The position numbers and the translations under genes are program-made. The notes under the pieces are model-generated. The model was not told the DNA's origin. It worked only from the letters and a program-made list of their open reading frames with translations, and searched no databases. Below are positions 26,672 through 36,790 of a DNA stretch of 64,000 bases, piece by piece (the stretch's first letter is position 1; every line of letters starts with the position of its first letter). The stretch comes from an uncultured Rikenellaceae bacterium (GTDB lineage: Bacteria; Bacteroidota; Bacteroidia; Bacteroidales; VadinHA17): positions 24,832-88,831 of the forward strand of contig CAVYRA010000001.1 in NCBI GenBank assembly GCA_963770745.1. The letters are read 5' to 3'.

Positions 26672-26758
26672 TTCTACCATACTTGAAGGCCTATGGCCTA
26701 TGGGGAATGTGAGATAGTAAAATCCGGCATTCTACCATAGTTGAAGGCCTACGGCCTA
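26672..26758. repeat. 29-bp direct repeat (2 copies) at the miaA 3' end
   Basis: TTCTACCATA(C/G)TTGAAGGCCTA(T/C)GGCCTA at 26672-26700 and 26730-26758. Confidence 0.85.
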
Positions 26759-27679
26759 AGAACTGATCATACTGATGATCATTTTGACCTTCTCCTCGTC
26801 AGGCAGCTGGCCGTCTATCCAGTTGATGGTGATACCGCGGCGCTCCATGCCTCGGAACCAGGTCATCTGCCGCTTGGCAAAACGGTGAATCTCCACCTCC
26901 AGCTTCTGAACCATCTCATCATAACCCATTATATTCAACAGATACAGTGTGACATACTTATACTCCAGCCCGTAGTAAAGAAGATCATCCGGATGCACTC
27001 CCCCGGCCAGCAGCCTCTGTACCTCCTCAACCATGCCACCATCAAGCCTCGCCTTCAACCGCGAGCTGATCCGCTGCCGCCTTGTCTCACGGTCGAAGAA
27101 AACGGCTGTCACCAGAGGATTCTTAACAGGAAAAGGTGTCTCGTCAACGGGGTGATGTGTATAGTAATCGGATATCTCTATCGCCCTGACAGCCCTCTTC
27201 ACCGTATCAACATCAGTCCTGTTATGGAGGCTCTTGTATTGCGATAAAATCCCTGTCAGCTCCTCCAGCGGTCGCCCCGCCAGAAGTGCCCGGAGTGGTT
27301 CATTCACCGGCACCTGTATCAGCCTGTAACCACTGACAATACTGTCTACATACATCCCCGATCCGCCGCATACCACCGGGAAGCAACCGCGGCCAGACAA
27401 ACCCCCGAAAACATTCAGGAAATCGCGCTGGTATTCATATACATTGTACCTGTAACCGGCATCAACAAGATCTACCAGGTGAAAAGGCACACTGCGTCCG
27501 TCAACAACATAGTCCGACAAATCCTTCCCGGTGCCGATATCCATCCCCCTGTAGACCTGCCTCGAGTCAGCACTGATAACCTCTCCCCCCAGCCGGTCCG
27601 CCACCAGAGCCGCCAGGCGCGTCTTGCCAGTAGCCGTAGGCCCCGTGATCACTACGATATCATGCATCGGCTTGTCCAT
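26756..27679 (-). CDS. miaA: tRNA dimethylallyltransferase
   Basis: GPTATGKT, ISADSRQVYRGMDIGTGK, GGSGMY and FAKRQMTWF. Confidence 0.95.
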   Translation of the reverse strand: MDKPMHDIVVITGPTATGKTRLAALVADRLGGEVISADSRQVYRGMDIGTGKDLSDYVVDGRSVPFHLVDLVDAGYRYNVYEYQRDFLNVFGGLSGRGCFPVVCGGSGMYVDSIVSGYRLIQVPVNEPLRALLAGRPLEELTGILSQYKSLHNRTDVDTVKRAVRAIEISDYYTHHPVDETPFPVKNPLVTAVFFDRETRRQRISSRLKARLDGGMVEEVQRLLAGGVHPDDLLYYGLEYKYVTLYLLNIMGYDEMVQKLEVEIHRFAKRQMTWFRGMERRGITINWIDGQLPDEEKVKMIISMISS

Positions 27680-27758
27680 CAGAAATTAAAGATAGCCAAT
27701 AAGGGTCCACAGTAATGCAATTTTAGTTAATTTTGCCGTTCTTAAATCAAAAGAGGGC

Positions 27759-28340
27759 ATGGACTTCAGGTTCTTATATCATCGCACAAAGTATTTTATA
27801 ATCAATCCCGGCAAAGCCTGGGAGGTGGTTCACCGCGAGGAGAGACCTATGAGATTCGTCAGGGGCAGCTTCTTCATGCCACTGATAATACTCGTATCCC
27901 TAAGCGCATTCCTGGGGTCGATGTTCTTCATCAACACCACCCTGAAACCGATGTATTCGGTGCTGGCAGCCATCACCACCTTCCTGTTCATCTACCTGGG
28001 CGTCTATGCGTCAGCATTCGTTGTGAGGGAGATAATGAGAGCACTTGACATGGGGCACAACTTCCTGGTGGCATTCAAGCTCGTGGCCTATTCCATGGCC
28101 CCCATATTCCTTTCACTTACCGTCAGCCGCCTGTTCGAATCACTGCTATTTATAAACGTATTGGGACTCTACGGGTTATACATCTTCTGGATCGGCATGG
28201 AGACAATGGTCAATCCTCCGGATCACAAGAAGCTTCCGATGATAATAGCAACGGTTGTTTCAATGCTGATCATTTTCCTGCTCCTGCAGGTTATCCTCTC
28301 CAAACTGACCGAAACGGTTTACTTTACAATCTTTGCCTGA
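27759..28340 (+). CDS. Yip1/DUF1282-like membrane protein
   Basis: 193 aa, ~5 TM segments, NPGKAW and LVAYS..P motifs. Confidence 0.7.
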   Translation: MDFRFLYHRTKYFIINPGKAWEVVHREERPMRFVRGSFFMPLIILVSLSAFLGSMFFINTTLKPMYSVLAAITTFLFIYLGVYASAFVVREIMRALDMGHNFLVAFKLVAYSMAPIFLSLTVSRLFESLLFINVLGLYGLYIFWIGMETMVNPPDHKKLPMIIATVVSMLIIFLLLQVILSKLTETVYFTIFA

Positions 28341-28348
28341 GGAAGGTG

Positions 28349-28816
28349 ATGAGAAGCGATACCAGCAATATCGTCATCCGGAACCGCAGGGCCTCGCACG
28401 ATTATGAATTCATCGAGAAGCTCATTGCAGGCATTAAGCTCACCGGCACCGAGATCAAATCGATACGCGCAGGCAAGGCTACTCTGACAGACTCATTCTG
28501 CGCCTTCCGCAACGGGGAACTCTTTGTGACCGGGATGCACATCTCGGAATACTACTGGGGCAACCTGAACAACCATGACCCGCTTGGTGAGCGCAAGCTT
28601 CTGCTAACGCGAAAGGAGCTTCGCAAGTGGGAAAGGAAGGTGAATGAGACAGGGCTGACGATCATCGTCACGAAGGTCTTCATCAACAACAGGGGACTGG
28701 CGAAGGCGGAAATTGCCCTGGCCAGGGGCAAGAAGCAGTATGACAAGCGTGACACCATAAAGAAGCGCGACCATGAGCGTGAGATGGACCACCAAGTAAA
28801 GGAGCGCAGCAGGTAA
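28349..28816 (+). CDS. smpB: SsrA-binding protein
   Basis: NRRASHDY, AGIKLTGTEIKSIR, RKLLL and ARGKKQYDKR. Confidence 0.96.
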   Translation: MRSDTSNIVIRNRRASHDYEFIEKLIAGIKLTGTEIKSIRAGKATLTDSFCAFRNGELFVTGMHISEYYWGNLNNHDPLGERKLLLTRKELRKWERKVNETGLTIIVTKVFINNRGLAKAEIALARGKKQYDKRDTIKKRDHEREMDHQVKERSR

Positions 28817-29533
28817 TCAGAAGTTCGGGCTGAGCAGGTACCGTGAGTAGAATTGATCTATGTAGGCTACAGCCTCTTCCGCCGTATCAACAACCCTGAA
28901 AATATTCATGTCCTCGCGTGATATGTTGTTCTCCTCATTCAGCATCACCTCGGTGACCCATTCGAAGAGTCCCGACCAGAATTTCTCTCCCACAAGTACT
29001 ATCGGGAAGCGCCCTATCTTCTTTGTCTGGATAAGGGTGATTGCCTCAAAGAGCTCATCGAAGGTGCCGAAACCGCCGGGCAGCACAATGAATCCCTGAG
29101 CGTACTTCATGAACATCACCTTACGGACGAAGAAATAGTCGAATGTTATGAGTTTGTCACGGTCGATGAAGGCATTGGCCTTCTGCTCAAAGGGCAGATC
29201 TATGTTTATTCCTACAGATTTACCGTTACCCCTCTTTGCTCCCTTGTTGGCAGCCTCCATGATACCGGGGCCTCCGCCGGTGATGACACCGTAACCCCTC
29301 TGAACCAGACGGAAAGCGATCTCGTCGGCTAGCTTGTAATACTTATTATTGAAATGGGTCCGGGCAGATCCGAAAATGGCCACGCTCGGGCCAATGCGTG
29401 AAAGTTTCTCAAATCCTTCTACCAGCTCGGCAATAATCTTAAAGACCCTCCAGGAATCCATGGTATGGATCTCATGCCATGTCTTCGGTTCAAAAGCATC
29501 CTTGATGAGATCTTTTTCCTTTGCTTCGTCCAT
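28817..29533 (-). CDS. LOG family (TIGR00730-type) nucleotide phosphoribohydrolase
   Basis: FGSAR, TGGGPGIMEAANKG, FFVRKVMF and PGGFGTFDE. Confidence 0.92.
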   Translation of the reverse strand: MDEAKEKDLIKDAFEPKTWHEIHTMDSWRVFKIIAELVEGFEKLSRIGPSVAIFGSARTHFNNKYYKLADEIAFRLVQRGYGVITGGGPGIMEAANKGAKRGNGKSVGINIDLPFEQKANAFIDRDKLITFDYFFVRKVMFMKYAQGFIVLPGGFGTFDELFEAITLIQTKKIGRFPIVLVGEKFWSGLFEWVTEVMLNEENNISREDMNIFRVVDTAEEAVAYIDQFYSRYLLSPNF

Positions 29534-29566
29534 GAGTAAATATTTAGGCGTTAAATATAATCTTTT

Positions 29567-32395
29567 CTACTGTTTCAGCACGGGAGCAAGAAACCTCCCG
29601 GTATAATTATCTTTCAGCCGGGCTATCTCTTCCGGCGTACCGGAGAACATTATTTCACCGCCTCCGCGTCCTCCCTCCCTGCCCAGGTCAATAATGTAAT
29701 CGGCAATTTTTATGACATCCATATTATGCTCTATCACCATAACGGTATTGCCTCTTTCAACCAGGCGGTCGAGGACCTCGAGCAGCACCTTCACATCATC
29801 AAAATGAAGTCCCGTTGTCGGTTCATCAAGGATATAGAGTGTGCGGCCTGTATCTCGTCTTGAGAGCTCGGTGGCCAGCTTGACACGCTGCGACTCACCC
29901 CCGGAAAGTGTCGTAGAGGGCTGCCCGAGTCTCACATACCCCAGGCCCACATCCTGCAAGGTCTTTATCTTAAGATAGATCGAGGGGATACCTTTGAAGA
30001 ACTCCACGGCATCATCAATGGTCATTTCAAGGACATCATATATTGACCTCCCCTTGTATTTCACCTCCAGCGTCTCCCTGTTATAGCGCTTTCCCCCGCA
30101 GTCGGGACACATCACATATACGTCTGGCAGGAAATTCATCTCGATGGTCTTCACCCCCGCTCCTTCGCAGCCCTCGCACCTGCCGCCCTTGATGTTGAAT
30201 GAGAACCGTCCTGCGCCAAAGCCTCTGACTTTTGCATCGGGGGTTATAGCGAAGAGGTTGCGTATATCCGTAAACACACCCGTATAGGTTGCAGGGTTTG
30301 AGCGGGGTGTGCGGCCAATGGGTGCCTGGTCTACCTCAATCACTTTATCGATATTCTCAAGTCCGTCAATGGTTTTGTAAGGCAGGGGAACCCTGCCGGC
30401 ACCTTGCAGTTTTTTTGCAAGCGCCGGGTGAAGCGTCTGGTTTATAAGCGACGATTTGCCGCTGCCCGAGACGCCTGTGACACAAATAAAGGTTCCCAGA
30501 GGAACTTTCATCGTCACACCTCTGAGGTTGTTGCCTGTTGCACCGGTGATAGTCAGGTATCTGCCATTGCCCTTCCTCCTCTTTCCCGGTATCTCAATAC
30601 GCTTTGTCCCGTTGAGATACTCAGCCGTAAGGGTGCCGGCCTTAAGGATCTCTTCCGGAGTTCCCTCGGCAACGATCATCCCGCCGTGAACGCCTGCGCC
30701 AGGGCCGATGTCAATGATATGATCGGCACTGAGGATCATGTCACGGTCATGCTCCACCACAATCACCGAGTTGCCTGCATCACGGAGGTTTCGCAGGGCC
30801 TCAATGAGTCTCCGGTTATCACGCTGATGGAGCCCTATACTGGGCTCGTCAAGGATGTACAGCACGTTGACCAGCTTCGACCCGATCTGGGTGGCAAGCC
30901 TTATGCGCTGGCTCTCACCGCCTGAAAGGGTCCTTGCACCACGGTTAAGCGATAGGTAATCGAGTCCCACATCAAGCAGGAATCCCAGTCGCGACTTTAT
31001 CTCCTTGAGTATCTCCGAAGCTATCTTCTTCTGTCTCTCCGACATGTCCCCGGTGACACCGTCGAGGAAAAGCCTCAGCTCTGTAAGGTCCATCGCTGAC
31101 AATTCCCCGATGTTCTTCCCGCCTATGCGGAACCATAATGCCTCCCTGTTCAGCCTGGTGCCGCCACACTCGGGGCAGGCGTGGTACTGAACATACTGCT
31201 CCCGCCCTTTGGCGCTGGTTTTGCGGGCGCCGACAGCCTCCTGGTTCCCTACGTAGTTGACAACTCCCTCAAAGGTCATGAAGTAATTTGAGGTGAGGCC
31301 AAGGGGTGTGTTTGACAGTTTCAGGACCTCATCGGAGCCAAAAAAGATCTTGTTCAATACATCTTCCGGGAGATCCTTCACCGGGGTATCGACGGTGAAG
31401 CCGTACTTCTCGCCAAGGGCTTCGATCATCCAGAAGATCCATATATTCCGGTATTTGCCCAGCGGCTCTATCCCTCCCCTGCGAATGCTGAGCTCAGGGT
31501 CAGACATCATCCTGGTGATGTCAACCTCGGAGATCTCACCCAGTCCGTTGCATTTGGGGCATGCCCCCTGCGGTGAGTTGAATGAAAAAGTGTGAGGGGC
31601 CGGTTCATTGTAGGATATTCCCGTCACCGGGCACATCAGGTGGCGGCTGTAATACCTGAAGCTGTTGTCTTCGGCATTCAGAACCATCATGATGCCGTCG
31701 CCCTGGTCAAGGGCAAGGAGAAGGGCGTCATGCAGTCTCTTTTCAGTCACATGCCCGGCCTGAAATTTATCAATAACCAGCTCAATGAAATGCGACTTGT
31801 ACCTGTCAAGTTTCAGTCCCGGCGTGATCTCCTTCAGCTCGCCGTCAACGCGGGACCAGAGAAAGCCTTTGCGTCTCAGCTGCTCGAAAAGCTCCTTGTA
31901 GTGACCCTTCCTCCCTTTTATCAGCGGGGCCAGGATGTATATTTTACGCTGGTCATATCTGGAAGTCACCAGCTCCAGTATCTGGTCATCAGTATATTTA
32001 ACCATCTTTTCACCTGATTCATACGAGTATGCATCGGAGGCGCGGGCATAAAGCAGCCTCAGGAAGTCGTAGATTTCAGTGATGGTCCCGACGGTTGAAC
32101 GGGGATTCTTATTGGTGGTTTTCTGCTCAATTGAGATTACCGGGCTGAGACCGGTAATACGGTCCACATCTGGTCTCTCCATGCCTCCCAGGAACTGGCG
32201 GGCATATGCCGAGAGCGTCTCCATGTAACGTCTCTGACCCTCGGCATAGATGGTATCAAATGCCAATGATGATTTGCCGCTGCCGCTCAGACCGGTGACA
32301 ACCACCAGCTGATTGCGCGGTACGGTGAGGCTTATGTTTCGAAGATTATGAACCCGTGCCCCGTATACCTTTATCTCATCGCGCTGTTCCGGCAT
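29567..32395 (-). CDS. uvrA: Excinuclease ABC subunit A
   Basis: GARVHNL, GLSGSGKSSLAFDTIYAEGQRRY, two LSGGESQR ABC signatures and zinc fingers. Confidence 0.98.
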   Translation of the reverse strand: MPEQRDEIKVYGARVHNLRNISLTVPRNQLVVVTGLSGSGKSSLAFDTIYAEGQRRYMETLSAYARQFLGGMERPDVDRITGLSPVISIEQKTTNKNPRSTVGTITEIYDFLRLLYARASDAYSYESGEKMVKYTDDQILELVTSRYDQRKIYILAPLIKGRKGHYKELFEQLRRKGFLWSRVDGELKEITPGLKLDRYKSHFIELVIDKFQAGHVTEKRLHDALLLALDQGDGIMMVLNAEDNSFRYYSRHLMCPVTGISYNEPAPHTFSFNSPQGACPKCNGLGEISEVDITRMMSDPELSIRRGGIEPLGKYRNIWIFWMIEALGEKYGFTVDTPVKDLPEDVLNKIFFGSDEVLKLSNTPLGLTSNYFMTFEGVVNYVGNQEAVGARKTSAKGREQYVQYHACPECGGTRLNREALWFRIGGKNIGELSAMDLTELRLFLDGVTGDMSERQKKIASEILKEIKSRLGFLLDVGLDYLSLNRGARTLSGGESQRIRLATQIGSKLVNVLYILDEPSIGLHQRDNRRLIEALRNLRDAGNSVIVVEHDRDMILSADHIIDIGPGAGVHGGMIVAEGTPEEILKAGTLTAEYLNGTKRIEIPGKRRKGNGRYLTITGATGNNLRGVTMKVPLGTFICVTGVSGSGKSSLINQTLHPALAKKLQGAGRVPLPYKTIDGLENIDKVIEVDQAPIGRTPRSNPATYTGVFTDIRNLFAITPDAKVRGFGAGRFSFNIKGGRCEGCEGAGVKTIEMNFLPDVYVMCPDCGGKRYNRETLEVKYKGRSIYDVLEMTIDDAVEFFKGIPSIYLKIKTLQDVGLGYVRLGQPSTTLSGGESQRVKLATELSRRDTGRTLYILDEPTTGLHFDDVKVLLEVLDRLVERGNTVMVIEHNMDVIKIADYIIDLGREGGRGGGEIMFSGTPEEIARLKDNYTGRFLAPVLKQ

Positions 32396-32404
32396 AAAAG
32401 GTTG

Positions 32405-33343
32405 CTATAAACCTGCCGCTATCCTTGCATCCTTCTCAGGCACTCTGATAATATACTCCCGACCGTCACTGTTGGTGAGGAATGGTTTGCGAAGCCATGG
32501 GTTGAGAAACTTCAGGATCTTGTAGTTGGTCTCATGCTCCCGTGCAAACTGTTCAAAGCTGGGGATCCGGGTATTGACTGTTACCTCCATGTAAGGGACA
32601 GGTTTGTAAAGATCGTTCTCCATGACATTAAACCCGTAAGCAGAGGGTTCAGACATAATCAGTTTCAGAGCCGCAATCCGGAAGATGTATCGTGCCGTCT
32701 CCTCATTCAGGAGAAGGTCATAGTAGTTCGTCTCCTTCTGTAACTCCACCTGTTCACCGAGACCTCTGAACCCGTTATTATATGAAGCAGCGGCCATAGT
32801 CCAGCTACCGTACCTCTCATAAGCCCTTTTGAAATACCTGCATGCAAAGAGGGTTGATTTCTCAAGGTTATACCGGTCATCAACCTCCTGGTTGATTGTC
32901 ATGCCGTACTCCCTGCCCGTGGCTTCCATAATCTGCCAGTACCCGGTTGCACCGGCAGGCGATATGGCATTGCTGAGGTCACTCTCGGCGCATGCGAGAT
33001 ATTTGAAGTCGTCAGGAATACCATTCTCTCTCAGGATCCTTTCTATCTCAGGAAAACACCGCCCTGATCTCTTCATTGTCAGGAGGGTGGAGCCGTGCCG
33101 GTAGGCAGTGGCATTCAATTCCCTGTCGAGGCTCTCACGGGTGTCAAAATTCTGAAGCGGCAGGGGTTCACCTGCAAAAGTAACATTTTCAGGAAGGGCC
33201 CATGAAGCAGCAATGGGCATAAATTCCTCATTATCAACGACTACAGACCGGGGATCATCAGCTGATACAAGAAGTGTTAAGACAAAACCTGCGCTGAGCA
33301 GCAGCATTATCCCAAGTGTGGCCTTCCCTGTGGTTACTTTCAT
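32405..33343 (-). CDS. Lytic transglycosylase (SLT/MltD-like)
   Basis: DFKYLACAES, SPAGATGYWQIM, AAASYN and LNEETARY. Confidence 0.9.
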   Translation of the reverse strand: MKVTTGKATLGIMLLLSAGFVLTLLVSADDPRSVVVDNEEFMPIAASWALPENVTFAGEPLPLQNFDTRESLDRELNATAYRHGSTLLTMKRSGRCFPEIERILRENGIPDDFKYLACAESDLSNAISPAGATGYWQIMEATGREYGMTINQEVDDRYNLEKSTLFACRYFKRAYERYGSWTMAAASYNNGFRGLGEQVELQKETNYYDLLLNEETARYIFRIAALKLIMSEPSAYGFNVMENDLYKPVPYMEVTVNTRIPSFEQFAREHETNYKILKFLNPWLRKPFLTNSDGREYIIRVPEKDARIAAGL

Positions 33344-33426
33344 CTTATGGCAGTTTGTTAAGAAAGCGCAATAATAGTGAAATTATTGCGTTCCGGGAAG
33401 CAAAAGAATGAGCAGAAAAGAGTATT

Positions 33427-34731
33427 TCAGAATTTGAAGTAGAAGCCCGACCAGACACCAAGAGAGTAGGGTTTGTAAAAAGACCCGTAGATGTCGCTTA
33501 TCGGTGTCACGTAGTATTTGAAGACAGGCTCAAGGTTGAAGGATATCTTTGACGAGATGTTATACTCCATACCCAGTCCGAGCTGACTGCTCAGGTTGTG
33601 CATATTGATTCCCTCAGTGTGACCTACCGGGACCATGTCTGATCCTGTCCCGGTGTAAGCCATGTTATCAACCAGCAATCCGTATGCAAATCCACCCGAG
33701 AGGTTCAGTCCCAGCTTGCTGTCGATGACCTTGTAACGCAGCATCAGGGGAAGTTCAAGGTAGCGGAACACCTGCCGGATATCATCGCCAACCTGTGTCA
33801 GTTGGTATTTCGAGGGGTCGGCCCCCTGAACGAGTGTTCCTACCCTGTCAAGATTGTCAGCGAGGTAGAGGTCGGTATTTCCCGCCAGGATCAGGCCGGA
33901 AGATGTCTCAACACTGTACAGGTAACTGCTCTTGACGGCATAGAAGTCTGAGAGGCCGGCGAAAACATCAACGCCGGTGATTGTCTGCCCTATTGAGGAG
34001 AGCCCGATACCCGACTGAATGGTCAGGCGGTCTGAGATCTTGTACCCGAATGTCAGTCCTGTTGCAAGTGTGGGTCTTGACTTTTCACCGTTCATCAGAT
34101 CAGAGAGCCGTAAATCCTCTGCTCCGGAAGAGAATCCCATGGAAGGTGACATTGAGGCGCCCACAAGAAAGCGCTGCGCAACTGCATTGTGGGTGACAGG
34201 AGCAAGTGTCAGTGACTGCACTTCATCCTTTCCCGTAAGCATGCCTGAGGTTATCACCGTAATATCATCCCCGGTAACGGGAAGCGTTCTGTCATCTTTT
34301 CCCATTGCAAGATTCATGTCAGCACCTGCAAGGAGCCTCATCGGTTCTTCTGCCGGCACAATAAGCATCTTCTCGTCTGCACGGTCATTTACGGAGGGGG
34401 GTGTGGTGGCTTTTGCACCAGGCAGTCCGGCATTAACTGCGACAGGGGTTGAAGCTGTCCCGTCGATTCTTATAGCCTGTGGTTCACCGCTGGTAAGGGT
34501 CAGTTCAGCAAGTTGAATTCCAGTTTCGCTATTGCGCAGGTACCAGCTGGCCAGAAGGGTAAGTGAAACAAGGGCGGCTATACCGGCAGCAATACCCGTA
34601 ACGACACGGAAGCGTGACTGCCTTACAGGCACCGGCGGGATATGGTCCCACACATCAGCCGGCGGCAGGACTTCCAGGTTTTTCAGTCCGTTGCGGAATA
34701 CAATGTCAATATTTGGCTCCCTTTCAAACAT
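33427..34731 (-). CDS. Putative anti-sigma factor with C-terminal outer-membrane beta-barrel
   Basis: Short cytoplasmic N-terminus (EVLPPADVWDHI), one TM segment, low-complexity linker, YLELPLMLRY and C-terminal GFYFKF. Overlaps the ECF sigma gene. Confidence 0.7.
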   Translation of the reverse strand: MFEREPNIDIVFRNGLKNLEVLPPADVWDHIPPVPVRQSRFRVVTGIAAGIAALVSLTLLASWYLRNSETGIQLAELTLTSGEPQAIRIDGTASTPVAVNAGLPGAKATTPPSVNDRADEKMLIVPAEEPMRLLAGADMNLAMGKDDRTLPVTGDDITVITSGMLTGKDEVQSLTLAPVTHNAVAQRFLVGASMSPSMGFSSGAEDLRLSDLMNGEKSRPTLATGLTFGYKISDRLTIQSGIGLSSIGQTITGVDVFAGLSDFYAVKSSYLYSVETSSGLILAGNTDLYLADNLDRVGTLVQGADPSKYQLTQVGDDIRQVFRYLELPLMLRYKVIDSKLGLNLSGGFAYGLLVDNMAYTGTGSDMVPVGHTEGINMHNLSSQLGLGMEYNISSKISFNLEPVFKYYVTPISDIYGSFYKPYSLGVWSGFYFKF

Positions 34732-35293
34732 TTACCAATCTTCTTGTGACACCCGTAAGTATCATCACCTTCTTCTGAAGTATGTCTCTTGCCCTTGAGA
34801 GATTTGATTTGCTTGTACCTTCAGAGATCCCCAGCATTTCGCTGATCTCCTTATGGGCATATCCCTCAATGGCGTATAGGTTAAAGACCATCCTGTACTT
34901 TGGCGGCAACTCCATAATCATATTCAGGAGATCGTAAGCTTCGAGCCCGGCGAAGTCGTCAGTGTCGGGGTCGGCTTCCGGTTCGGTCACCTCGTCAATG
35001 TCGTCAACGCGACTGAGATAATACCTGTTGCGGTATCTCTCGAGAGCAGTGTTGACAATGATCCTTCTCATCCAACCTTCAAAAGAACCTTCATGGCTGA
35101 AGCGCGACAGGTTTTCAAAAATCTTGATAAAGCCCTCCTGCAGGACATCCCTTGCCTCTTCCGTATTGCCTGCGTACTGAAGGCAAACGGCATAGAGTTT
35201 AGGGGCGTACCTGCGGTAGAGCAGTTCCTGGTCGCGCCTGCTGCCTGACAAGCAGCCGTCAATTATGTCTTTCTCCTTATGCAAATCTCGCAT
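34724..35293 (-). CDS. ECF RNA polymerase sigma factor
   Basis: DVLQEGFIKIF, GSFEGWMRRI, LPPKYRMVFNLYAIEG and GTSKSNLSRAR. Confidence 0.93.
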   Translation of the reverse strand: MRDLHKEKDIIDGCLSGSRRDQELLYRRYAPKLYAVCLQYAGNTEEARDVLQEGFIKIFENLSRFSHEGSFEGWMRRIIVNTALERYRNRYYLSRVDDIDEVTEPEADPDTDDFAGLEAYDLLNMIMELPPKYRMVFNLYAIEGYAHKEISEMLGISEGTSKSNLSRARDILQKKVMILTGVTRRLVNV

Positions 35294-35395
35294 TTAGTCG
35301 AGTTATAAAGATAAGAAATAAAATCTGAGCTTGTCAATAGATTGATGCTAAAAAGGGGCTAAAGGTTGCGTTAATGGCAGAACTTCCTCAGGGCA

Positions 35396-36790
35396 TCAGC
35401 CGTGTATTGCCTCTCCAAGTGCAGCTGCCGCGGCCTCCATGATACCCTCTGACATGGTCGGGTGAGGATGGATGCTGAGCATAAGATCATGGGCAGTGGC
35501 CCCCATCTTTCTTGCAACAACAATGGATGAGATCAACTCAGTTACATTCATTCCGATGAGGTGACCGCCGATCAGCCTGTCGTCAGCGGCGTTAAACACC
35601 AGCTTCACAAAGCCTTCGCGGGAGCCTGCTGCGGAGGCCTTTCCTGATGCCATGAACATGAACTTACCGGTTTTAGTTTCGATGCCGGCAGCCTTTGCGG
35701 CCTCCTCCGTCATACCGCATGACGCCACCTCCGGGTTGGTGTATGTGCATCCGGGGATATTCGCGTAATCAACCGGTTCAGGATCCCTGCCGGCTATCTT
35801 CTCAACACAGACAATAGCTTCGGCTGAGGCAACATGAGCCAGCGCCGGTCCGGGGACAATGTCTCCTATGGCATAGACACCCTTTACTGAGGTCAGGTAA
35901 AATTGATCCACGACTATCTTTCCCCTGTCGGTTTTAACACCGCACTCCTCAAGACCAATGCCTTCAAGATTAGGAGTGATACCCACGGCTGAAAGGACCA
36001 CATCGGTTTCAGTTACCACCTCTCCTTTCGGTGTCTTAATTGTGACAACGCATTTTTCTCCCTGGATATCAACTTTTTCAACTGACGAGTCAGTCATGAT
36101 TTTCATCTTCGCCTTCTTAAACGAGCGTTCCAGGGTGCGAGACACCTCTTCATCCTCCAGCGGGAGTATCCGTGGCATGAACTCCACAAGGGTCACCTCT
36201 GTGCCCATTGACCTGTAGAAGCCGGCGAACTCGCTGCCAATTGCTCCCGAGCCCACCACCACCATGGAGGCGGGGAGTGAGGGGAGGCTCATCGCCTCGC
36301 GGTAACCTATTATCTTTTTGCCGTCCTGTTTAAGGTTGGGCAGCTCACGCGACCGTGCGCCGGTAGCGATAATTATGTTAGCCGCCTTGAACAACTCCTT
36401 GGTTCCGTCGGCAGCTTCAACCTCAACAGCCCCCTCTCCTTTGAGCTTCCCGAATCCGTTAATGACCGGAATATTATGTTTCTTGAAGAGATACTGCACG
36501 CCTTTGCTCATGGCATCGGCCACTCCCCTGCTGCGTGCAATGACAGCACCGAAATCAGGTGCCGGTGCCTCCCCGGCATTGATGCCGTAATCTGATGCGT
36601 GACGGGCATAATCAAGAACCTGGGCACTCTTAAGAAGCGCCTTCGTGGGTATGCATCCCCAGTTAAGGCATATGCCGCCGGTCTCTGCCTTCTCAATCAC
36701 CGCTACTTTAAGGCCGAGCTGTGATGCCCTTACGGCAGCCACATAGCCTCCCGGGCCGCTTCCTATTATCAGAATATCAAATTCATTCAT
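35396..36790 (-). CDS. lpdA: Dihydrolipoamide dehydrogenase
   Basis: GSGPGGYVAA, GGICLNWGCIPTK and HPHPTMSE. Confidence 0.97.
   Translation of the reverse strand: MNEFDILIIGSGPGGYVAAVRASQLGLKVAVIEKAETGGICLNWGCIPTKALLKSAQVLDYARHASDYGINAGEAPAPDFGAVIARSRGVADAMSKGVQYLFKKHNIPVINGFGKLKGEGAVEVEAADGTKELFKAANIIIATGARSRELPNLKQDGKKIIGYREAMSLPSLPASMVVVGSGAIGSEFAGFYRSMGTEVTLVEFMPRILPLEDEEVSRTLERSFKKAKMKIMTDSSVEKVDIQGEKCVVTIKTPKGEVVTETDVVLSAVGITPNLEGIGLEECGVKTDRGKIVVDQFYLTSVKGVYAIGDIVPGPALAHVASAEAIVCVEKIAGRDPEPVDYANIPGCTYTNPEVASCGMTEEAAKAAGIETKTGKFMFMASGKASAAGSREGFVKLVFNAADDRLIGGHLIGMNVTELISSIVVARKMGATAHDLMLSIHPHPTMSEGIMEAAAAALGEAIHG

Noticed and set aside
28346-28830. tmRNA, tRNA or integrase site near smpB
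   Set aside because: smpB abuts the convergent LOG gene with no gap, and I saw no tRNA-like sequence or integrase in the window.
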